Assembly: GCA_965112155.1 (NCBI GenBank) | Contig: OZ218103.1 | Origin: Podarcis liolepis | Taxonomy: Eukaryota | Length of the DNA stretch: 64,000 bases | Direction: 5' to 3' (one strand) | Shown: one piece after another, positions 15,278 through 25,539 of the stretch | Numbering within the stretch: position 1 is the stretch's first letter | Layout of the letters: every line of letters starts with the position of its first letter | Notes under the pieces: generated by a model | The model's input: the letters and a program-made list of their open reading frames with translations, nothing else | The model's database searches: none | What the model was told of the DNA's origin: nothing | Made by a program: the position numbers and the translations under genes

Positions 15278-17912
15278 TAATAGCGAAATATCCCATTTCA
15301 GCAAAGAAATTTAGCTGGAGAAGTGCAGCAGTTTTCCAAGCACAGTAGCATGCAGGTATATACCCTATGTTTGTATAATAACGTCTCTAAAGTAAGTGAG
15401 AGGTAGAGTGGAGCCTCTCTTGCGTGGGTTTATATGAAAGAATGGATAGTATATTTGACTGCAGTTAGTGAATGGAGTGCTGGAGTGTTGCTTAACAGCA
15501 ATATGAATTAGTTTGTGAATTTGCAAAGAACTCTATAGCAGAGATTGTTATATGCATATATGAGAGTGATTATAGTGCCTCATTGTGCCTATTTTTATAC
15601 CCAGTCTTTCTGGTTTTTCACCCTGGCTTATTATGATGTTTTATGGCATTTCTTACTGTAGTTGCTTCATACTGTTTTATTGTTGGCTTTTTTAATATAT
15701 ACTGCTGTTTCACTACATGCATAAGCTGTCATGAACTATATAAGGAAAGGTGGGGGTGAATATTTTGAATAGCACTCACTATTTCTACTTTCTGGAAACA
15801 AAGATTTTTTTTGTTTTAAGAAGCCTTTTCAGCTGGATGAATTTTTCTTTTTCTTTTTTTAAAAAAAGATACCTGTTAGAGCATTACTCTAGAACTGAAT
15901 GTCCCCTTCTGCCATAGCTCCTACCCTCTGGGTACTTATAACTCTGCATTTGTTGCCTTATACCACAAGCAAGAAAGCTGAAGTGAATTTGGATTACGGG
16001 TTACAATGGTGTGTCATTTTCTCATTATGTAAATATTTCTGGCTCCTCTACCTGGTTAGTATTTACCTGGGAAAGCCTCCTAAACAAATCTGCAAAGTAT
16101 TACATTTAATTAAAAGAAAGATTCAGCCTGGCCTACAAGAAGGAGAAGCCCGTAGAGGATTTCTTACAAAGTTTCTTAAATGCTCATGTTCCTCAAAGTA
16201 TTGATCTTATTAAATCTATAGCTGGTTTTGAACCTCTCCCTCTCCCCCCCCCCCCATGGACTTTTTTTTGCACATGAAAGAGCAGCTGGTACCCAGAGAG
16301 GCAGGAGCAGTCTTTCAATGGCCATGGGCCTTCCATCCATCTGACTGGGAGCACTTGCTCCCTGGCTTCCTTTGATCAGCCACACTGGAGAATAATACTA
16401 AATAGAAAGAGGAACAAAAGGAGCAGCTTGGAGAGGCTCCAATTTGTAATTCAAAAAAGGGGGTTGGAAATTCACATTCCTGCTTGCTGCAGCCCTGAGG
16501 GGGAGGGGAGGGTAGGAGGGGAGGGGAGGGTAGGAGGGGTGGGGGACGTGATTTCATCACCCCTGATGATTGCGTGTTGTTTTCTGGCTGCTGCCACAGT
16601 CCTAGTGCAATAAGATGGGGGTTTAGGGGAGAGAGACTCAGACAAAATCTACCCAATCATTGTAGACAAATTCCTTCTGTTTAATTCTGGAAGGTGGGTG
16701 GTGGTCTTTTTAACTGGCCCGGCCCAGCAAAACCAAGAATGAAAATCAGACTGCTTAGGTGGGTTAATCCAACACGCTCCACAGTGGGGTCCCAGTTAAT
16801 CCAAACTTGGTAAATGTACCAGAGTTAACAGCATACCCCCTGAAAGGAGTGAGAAAAAATAGAGCTGAGTGTGCTAAGATAACCAAGCATGTGTTTCTTG
16901 CATAGCGTTTGTTCAGTGCTGGGTGAGTTGCAAGGCACAGAGGCAGGCAGCCCAGAGGTTCCTTTTCTCCTACTATGAAAAGAGCAACCCTGCTGACAGC
17001 TTCAGAGTTCTCATCCAAATGTCATGAAGATGCATGTAAAGCCTAAGGTTGGACTGAGAAAGGAGAAGGAACAGAACCATGGTTTCAAACTATTGCTCTC
17101 ACCACCTGGTCATCGTATACCCATCAGATCTTGGCTTGCCTTTTGTTGGTTCCGTGACTTGCGGCCCTATCAATGGCAGCAAACCCCGTGATCAAAAGTG
17201 TCGTGTTTGAAGGATTGATGCAACAAGTCATAATTTTGATCTGACTTGTGAGATTACTCCCAATGGCTGTGCTAAAGGTGAACTTGCCCCCATCTGCAGT
17301 TGGTCCACAGTGGGAGAAATTTGTGAAAACTTCGCATGTATCAGCATACAGTTGGGGTGATTCTGAGCCAATTAACTGATAGGTTTTGAAATAAGAGCAG
17401 CTGCAGTTCACTGTTCCACCCCCATTCTTCTCTAAACATGACAGCACTTGTATAGTTCTGCCTTCCCAGGTGTATGCATGCACACATGTGACCCTATCTT
17501 CAGATACTTGGATTGACTTCTGGCACATAACCTCCCCCTCCCCCCCAGAACAGATCAAGGAATGTATCACTACCGCATGCATTTGATAAGTTGGGAAAAG
17601 GAACTACAGAGGCTGTCTTGATTGCATCAAGAAGACAGGTGTGAGGCAGTAAATGCAGTGTGGGCATTCACTACGGGAGACTGAAATCCCTACCAAAACA
17701 AGAAGTCATTTGGACAAACTGCTTTGGACAAACCTGAACTATCTCAGAGTCCTGGTTTAAGGATAAGCAAGATTAAAAAAAATAAATGTGAGTGGTCTCT
17801 TGGAATATGCTTTCTAGACCAAAATGCCAACAGGAGTAGAATCCAGAGGTCAATTAAAGATGTCTGCTTTAGACATGAGTCTGCTATACTATACAGAGGG
17901 TGGTGAGAAATA

Positions 17913-18078
17913 CTGTATTTTTCCATCTATAAGGCGCCCCCATGTATAAGACACCCCCTATTTTGGGGGACTCATATTTAAGAAAATGGGGGGAGATGTA
18001 TCTGTGTATAAGACGCCCCCTAATTTTTGACATTATTTATTAGGAAAAAAACCTAGTCTTATAGATGGAAAAATACAG
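17913..18078. mobile_element. Tc1/mariner-superfamily MITE
   Basis: Perfect 21-bp terminal inverted repeats CTGTATTTTTCCATCTATAAG, with TA on both sides. Confidence 0.85.
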
Positions 18079-18329
18079 TATATGGTGGTTGTTTTTTGTA
18101 GTGAAACTTGGTAGAGTGATGATCTGACTGGCTCAACCATGCAATTCCCCACCACCACCACCACTTGAAATCAGAAGCTCCTCCTCTCCTGTACATTTTA
18201 ATGCTCTGGATGCACAGCGCCAGCTCAGCTTCCCTTTAAAAGTCACCAGTAAAGTGAAGCTACTCATTAAGTTCAAAGGATGAAGCAAGCACGGGGCAGA
18301 TGTTTCTTTTGGCCCCTGGCTGGGGAGGC

Positions 18330-19260
18330 AGCCACCTAAACCCTCCAGGTGCCAAGGGTCGATTCACGTAATGCCATCTCTGCCCACGCAACCATCCCCA
18401 GGCGGGTACAATGCGAGATAAACAAAGGTGGTGACTTCCCAGCTGCAACAATTACAGGAGCGGTTGCTGGCTCGGTCTGTAATTACTCTGTGCATGCATT
18501 GCATTTGTCCGCATGAGCTGTGTGAGTAGAAACCATACTGTGAACCAGCCACAACCCTCTGGGAGCTCTTGCTATATGAAGGCCAGTCACCCCCTGGAGC
18601 CTTGCCCACCAACTCCATGCCTCCAGTTCAGTGGTGGTTGCTGCCCGTTGGGGCAGGTAGGGCCCAACAGTCAGTGACACCACAGAGAATGCCTGGCAGA
18701 GCCAACTACTTCTAATGTTGCCCCCATCCTCCTCCCTGCTGAGACTAAAGAGGAGGAAGCTGATGGTAAGGCCCACCTCCTGGACTGGTTGTAAACGAAG
18801 AAGGCAGGCAGGTGGGGTCAGGATGAGGTTGGTGGGGCAGCAAAGGAACATGCCAGCAGGCCACAGGGAAGGAAGGGTGCTTGAGAGTCTGTCCAGCACC
18901 CCACACTCCTGTCTAGGAGGAGGCCAGCTAGTAGCTGGCCAGGGTGCTATCACCATTTCCTTCCTGAGGTTCTCAACCGATCACATCCCCCTTCCTTCCA
19001 CTAGGCGGTGCCATTTTCCCTCCTTTGTCCTCCCTCCAGAACAGAGTCCACAATACAGAAGGGTTCCCTTTATTGTCAATGTGATGATTTAGCAGTTCCC
19101 TGGGGGCCACACCCGGCCACTCTTGACATTGCCTCTTTTCCAATACTTGTTTGACTTGTTCTCAATCTGTGTGCTTCACTTGCCGCCTTAGGGCTATGCT
19201 ATGTTCGTTTGTACAAAGTGGGGGGGGGGGAGAGAGGAATCCAGGTCTTTCCCCAAGAAG
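18330..19260 (-). pseudogene. Decayed dystrophin-family EF-hand plus ZZ zinc-finger coding remnant
   Basis: Collinear motifs KDLD, ALRRQ, GDSTLASY, GGNIRSS, ELEA..WARLQ, WL-VHSMVSTHTAHADKCNACTE, LCLS and GQRWHY match the recalled dystrophin/dystrotelin cysteine-rich region. Contains stops and frameshifts, and no introns. Confidence 0.65.
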
Positions 19261-19790
19261 TGGAAGCTGCTGCTGAGATGTCTTCACTTCAACAGTAAAA
19301 AAATATATGAAGAGGCAGGACTGCAAGCTTGGCCTGTGAGCAGCACCAGCTTCCTCAGCTGTGCAGCAGCCTCTTTAACTCCCCCATTAAATCCTGGTCA
19401 ATATCTTCCTGCCCTGGTGCCTCTGAACCCGTCTCTCAGATCAGTGGCTCAGGCAACAAGCCCAGATGCATGCAGCCGTCTCCTGCATCACCCTCCATAA
19501 CCAATCAATTGGCAATGCGGAGCTGCTGAATTAGCAGTTCCTCATCTCCTCCAGGACTAGCATTCACAGGGCCCCAAATTCTCCATTAAATGTGTGTTCT
19601 CCTTACTTCATCTGGATGGCCTGAGCCAGGTGGACCAAGCACAGAGCGATCATTTCCATTATCATCACTCTCCAGAGCAGTTTAATTCATGCTGCTCTTT
19701 GTGGCTGCAACTGCCAGTTCTTCCAAGTGCTCGAATGCTAAATAATAGACTTCTCAGGAAGATAATAAGCCCTGATTTACAGATCTTCTG
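19261..19790 (-). pseudogene. Decayed BID-like (BH3-containing) coding remnant
   Basis: One frame from 19753 reads LESDDNGNDRS ... IAN*LVMEGDAGD ... QEDIDQDLMGELKRLLHS ... AVLPL, collinear with recalled BID. In-frame stops at 19684, 19588, 19507, 19438 and 19357. Confidence 0.55.
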
Positions 19791-22700
19791 AAATTAATCA
19801 CTTAGCTAGCAGAACCCACACAACTCTTTGGGGTCCTTGCAGCCAGGGTCTTTTGTTCCATGCTTAAAGCATATTGGCAGCATTTGTATGTCACACAGTA
19901 AAGCCTAGCTAATGGTTTGCCATGACTGTACAGATTGTTCCCACGCAGCTCCTCTCCTCACATGTGGGAGCAACAACCCACATTCCCCATCTTAGTGTTA
20001 CATCCAAACCAGCAATCCCTAATAATTGGTTAGGCAATATTTTCTTAAGTGAAGTGAAGCCTGATCCTTGGGTCAGGAAGAATTCTAAACCAAGAATTAT
20101 GATTTGCTGCTCCTGTTCACCAAAATGGGAGCCATCTTTGTGTTCACAGAAAGCCATTAACAATGGTGTGCTGTTATGTACAAACTGGGCCAATTGTTTT
20201 GTGATTTCCGCCACATTACCATAATGGTGGCGTTGCCATGAGGATACCTGAGTCTGCAAGGAGGAGATTCTCACCTAGAACAATCTGAAGTGGTTCCATT
20301 GCTCACTGAATGTACAGTATTTCCCCAATTGATACCATTCTATTTTACAGGTTCATACAATCTGTAGCTAAAAGCCATTACACAACCTTGACCATCTTTG
20401 ATAACAGCCATAAAATCCTGTATTCTGCTTTTGCTTTGCAAAAGGCTTTCCCTCAAATCCTGAATGAAAAGTGGTTGAATAAAATATCCCCTAAACTTTT
20501 TAGACTGAGGTTATCATAATAGATCTAGTTGTTGCACACAATTGAGAGAATAGGGTATTCTCAACTTGGATTCAAATTGATTTAAAAAGACATTAAAATG
20601 ATGTAAGCCTTTAATTCCTTGCTGCTATTTTTTAAAGATATATAGCCAGTTTCCAATTCCTAGTAATTTTATTTTTACTGTTTCCATGGCAAAGACCCAT
20701 CCAAATAGCATGGAGAAATCAGCCCTCTGGGGATCCAGCTCATTGCAGAAGCCTACTTGAGTATTCATGAAATAATGAATGAACAATTACAAATAAGTAC
20801 AGCTCACCCATTTACTCCCGGTGCCATCCTAGACAGAGTGCTGGAAACTAGCCTCTCCTCACAACTCTTTCTCTACTTCTGAATTCATAGCAGAAACAGC
20901 TGGAGTCTAGCAAGCCTGAGTTTTCCTTATGGGCAGAACCTCAGATCTGCCACCAAATCAAGTCGAACGTGCCAGACATCCTGCAGACATCATGTGTGTG
21001 TTCAAAAGAGAAAATAACCCGTGTGTGATGGTTGCATGTTACAGTGCGCTTGCTTGTTTCCTATTCCTTCCCACACAGATGTGCCCTTGCACATGGCTTT
21101 TGTAACTTGCAGTGCAGTCCTCCCTCACACAGTGGCTGTCAGCCAGCACCACACCTCCCTCCCTGCCCCATTTTTCTGCATTCCTTTCTTATCAGAGTGC
21201 ATGCATCAATAACGCTCATATCCCAAGGTGCTTTTGGAGACTTCACAATGGGTATCTGAGTTCTATTCCAACCTTATGCGGCTCTTGTCCTGGATGGTGT
21301 TGGGCTCCTTCGCATGGCTCGCAGGAAGGATCCTAAATCCAGGGTGTAATTAATTGATGGCCATTCTCCTCCTGAATGGCACTGTCTAACTTGTTTGTTT
21401 TCACTCAGTAGGCTAGGAGGAGAGGCAACATTCCTCCCTGTATCCTTGGGAGCCATTGGTCGCTCCAGCCTGTCTGCCTGCCTGCCTGATTGGCTTGCAG
21501 CTAGAGGACTGCTTGGCCCTTAGCAGCAGAGACAGGAGTTTAAGAGAAACTTGGCCTAATTTGCCTCCAGTTATGCCATGTCAATGTACAGGGAGTTGTG
21601 TGTTCCAGTTTAGCATCTTTGATGCTGGGTTTTCTGCACCTGCTTTGTTCTAGGCTGGTTGGTTGTCTACATCCAGTTCAAAACAAGTTATCTATTGCTA
21701 AGGAGTTTGTCTTGGCAGAGCAGAGAGGTTTTGTTTTGTTATTATAAATCAGGATGCAGATAGTCACCCAAAGGATGATGGGTGCTGTTGAATAGACTTG
21801 GGCTGCAGTCCTGTACTGATTAATCTGGAAGTAAGCCCCATTGAACTCAGCAAGCCTTACTTCTGAGTAGGTGTGTATAGGATTTTGTGCTACAAAAAAT
21901 GATGAAAAGGCATAATTTTTATATTTTATTGGCTCAGCCATTTTGCAAGTTTTCCAACCACCAGCGATCCATCATCAGCCATAGGTTTACACAGCAGAAC
22001 ATTAAAATAGATTTGGTCATTTGCCCAGGGTGATGGTGCTTGGCTACTGTGCTCTGAGGACAAAAGAAAAACCCTTTGTTCTCAGGGTAAAATGCCCAGG
22101 TAGAGAACCATTTTCTTGGAGCTCCTGCCAGTGAATACATTTTAGATCTATTGTTGTTGTTGTGAACAAACACCTGTACAATATACCTGTGCAGCCCCCT
22201 GACGAGTTGAAGAGGCAACAATGTTAACTGTCTTAAAAAAAATAAAATCCTAGTTATTTCAACCATGGCCCACCAGCATGCATTGCTTCTGTTTAACTTC
22301 AGTTCATTTCAATTGGGTTTGAATGGAGTCCCCATTCATAATCCAAGGATGTACAGCTGTGGTTTCTGTCAAATTGCTTCCTTTATATCCAGAGTTGAGG
22401 GAGTAATAGTCTATTCAAGGGATTAGTAGTACGATCCGAGACATCCATCCGTTTTAGATTTTCCTTCAGATGTGAACCCACAAGGTGCATCTCGCTGGCG
22501 CTTACCTCTCAGCTCCCGCATCTGCAATAGCAGGGTGGAGACATACATTATGGGCCTATTGTGTAACAAGTATTTGGATAATGTATAGGAAGTGCTTCTA
22601 AATTGCTATATCAATGCAAATTATTATTATTGATTCACTTATGGCTGTAGTATTTAAATGCTAATGCTTTCCGTTATGCAACTGTTTAAAAACAGAAATA

Positions 22701-25009
22701 CATAACAGACACCTCCAGTCTCTGAGAGTGCAATCCTAGGCATGTCTTTTAAAAAGTGATTCCCAGTGAGTTCAATAAGACTAACTCCCAAGTAACTCTG
22801 TACAGGATTGCAGCCTGATGTACATAAACTCTTTCTCTCCCCCCCCCCCAGTTTCTTTTTGTGTATCTAATAGCATAAAAGTGTATTGCTGTTGTTGTTT
22901 TCATTGGAAAGAGGATCTGAATTTGTGTATGTGAGTCATCATGAGTTCCAAATCAAAGAACGGAAGTTCTGATTACATAGTGGGCACTACCTAAGTGGGG
23001 AATACAGCAGCACCACTAGCAGTTTTATTATTATGATGAATCAGTCCAAAGAAAGGGACGTGTTTGAGGTTCTGTGCACCTGCAGTGAGCGAGGCTGTGA
23101 GAAAGCTGGAGGCATTGCCCTTTTAAGAAGCACCATTCCTGGAGCGGCAAGCCTTGCGCAAGCAGGTTCCTTGTACATGCAAAAACGTACACAAGCAAAA
23201 TGTGCTGCAAAAGTTGGTGTAAAAGGAAAGGAGGTGGAAGGGAAAGAAAGCACCAGGCTCCAGCCAGTGAATGATTGGCGCTGGCCCACCCACTGGAGAA
23301 GTCAAATGGGGGGGGGGGGGGGAGAGAGAGAAGGTTTCAGCCAGGGTATCTGGTCCAGGCTGCTGTCCAGCGTAGCCTATGCAGTTCTGCTTGTCTGACT
23401 AGCACAGGCTTCTTCCTTCAGTTCATCACAACGAAGATTTGCACTGATTGAACAGAGTCACCCCACCCCACTCCACCCATGGTCGTCTTGTAAACTGGCT
23501 CTAAGAAGAGATGGAACCCCAATTTCTTTCTTTTACAAAATATTTCACAGGCTACAGAAGACCTGAATCCTGCTCTTAGGAACATAGGGAACTGTCTTAC
23601 ACTGAATCTGAACATTGACCCATGTGATCCATAATCGTCTATATCGACTGGCGGCAGCTTATCCCGGGTTGCAGCCCTAACTGGAGATGACAAGAATTGG
23701 GAACCTCTGTGTGCAAGGCAAACGCTCCAGTCCTTCCCCATTTTATAAACAAGATGCTACTTAGTCCAGCATCCTGGACTTACAGTGGCTGACTAGATGC
23801 CGGTGGGAAACCCACAAGCAGGATTCAAGCACAGGAGCCCCCTCCCCTCCTGTGGTTTCCAGCAACTAGTATTCAGAAACATACTCTCTCTGAGCATGGA
23901 GGCAGAGCATAGCCATCATGGCTAGTGGACCCTGCTTGCCTTATCCTCCACGAATGCATTTAATCCTTTTTTTAAAGCCATCCAAATTGGTGGCCACCAC
24001 TGCCTCTTGTGGCAGTGAGTTCCACAGTCAAGGATAGGTGAGAAATCTAATAAATAAATAGATTAAGGACGCCTGCCTGAAACCTTGCCAATCCTTGCTG
24101 ACAGCAGTGAGCTAGATGGACTAACGGTCTGACCCGGTACGAGGCAGCCTCTTATCAATTCCTGTCCACACTTGTTATTGAAATTCAACACAGAGTTTGG
24201 CTGCTTAATTCCCACTTTGAGTGGGAGTTGAACTGCTTCTGTGCAGAAATCCATGCAGAATGTTTGCCTACACAGTCGGCGTTTTTGTGCATGTTTATAC
24301 AAGGACAGCATACAAGTAGTATTTCTGTGGTGTCACTTTCTCAATAGACTGCGTAACAGCAAAATGAAAATTATGGGCATTTGAACAGCTGCTGAGAATG
24401 AATAGCATGCCATGGCAAAAAAAACAGAAACACTCTTCTTTCAGCTCCCAAAACCTTGGTACTAGCCATTATAGCCACATCAACTTTGTGTTGTAGTTTA
24501 AAAATAAAAATAAAAATGCAGAATGGGTCTACTCATCCAAATGCACCAGGCACAGAAGTTCCATTGTGTGTATTTACAATGCATTATAAATTGGCTTTTT
24601 AAAAGGATTTAACTGTTGGGGTTTTCCCAAATGGAATTTCTCATGTTGCGAGAGAGCCCCAAGTGTTCAGGACACCAGAAGCCGTTCCTCCAGTCCCAGA
24701 TATATGGAAGCTGGCTGCAATTCCCCAAGAGAGGCACAGCCAGTGTGGTTTCTTCCTGGTGTTGTTGGGTTGCAACTCCCATGGATGCTTGCCAACATGG
24801 CCAAGGATGTGTGGGATGATGAGAGTTGTAGTCCAGCAACATTTGAAGGGCGCTATGTGGGCAACTCCTGCTCTAAGATGTGAAGAAAAAGGTACTCTGT
24901 GCATGCTCATTACTGGTTCATTTCTTTCAGGGCTAAGCTTTGGCACTGAACATTAAGCCCCAGAGAGCCCTGATCACAGTTTACAAATTCTCTGGGAGGG
25001 ATGCTTTGC

Positions 25010-25081
25010 AATAGTAATAATAGTAATAGTAATAGTAATAGTAATAGTAATAGTAATAGTAATAGTAATAGTAATAGTAAT
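25010..25081. repeat. (AATAGT)n microsatellite
   Basis: About 12 hexamer copies, seen directly. Confidence 0.95.
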
Positions 25082-25518
25082 GAGAGCCATTGTGGTGTAA
25101 TGGTTCAGAGAGTTGGGACTAGGACCTGGGAGACCAGGATATGAATCCCTACTCAACCACGAAGCTCACTGGATGACCTTGGGCCAGCCACCTTCTCTTA
25201 GTACCTCACAAGGTTGTTGCAGTGATGAAATGGGGGTGGGCAGGAGAGCCATAGTCAGTAAACTCTTCATCTCAAGGTCATGGGTTTGAACCCCACATTG
25301 GGCAAACGATTTCCGCACTGCAGGGGGCTGGTCTAGATCATGAAATCACAGAGTTGTAGAGTTGGAAGGGACCCCAAGGGTCATCTAGTCCAACCCCCTG
25401 CAATGTAGGAATTTCCGCTAAAGCATCCACGACCCTTCCTGTTCCCTTCCAATTCTATGCTTCATGTACACCCCCAGAAGAAAAGACGGCATATAAACGT
25501 CAGAAATAAATAAATAAA
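25082..25518 (+). mobile_element. Nested SINE stack: CORE/MIR-like tRNA SINE interrupted by a tRNA-Lys/CR1-tail SINE, itself interrupted by an inverted CR1 3' end
   Basis: Outer element 25082-~25253 plus ~25463-25518 (AAATA tail). Middle element ~25254-25337 plus 25431-25462. Inner minus-strand CR1 tail ~25338-25430. Confidence 0.65.
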
Positions 25519-25539
25519 GGCCAGTCCAGATGGGCAGAG

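Noticed and set aside
19557-19606. Intron starting at GAA|gtaagg that would remove one stop in the BID-like frame
   Set aside because: It would be only about 50 nt, with a poor acceptor and mismatched phase
19261-19790. Selenocysteine or stop-readthrough explanation for the in-frame TGAs
   Set aside because: TAA stops and frameshifts are also present and no SECIS was recognised; decay is simpler
24974-25156. 60-aa ORF with an ITITIT repeat
   Set aside because: Translation of the (AATAGT)n microsatellite
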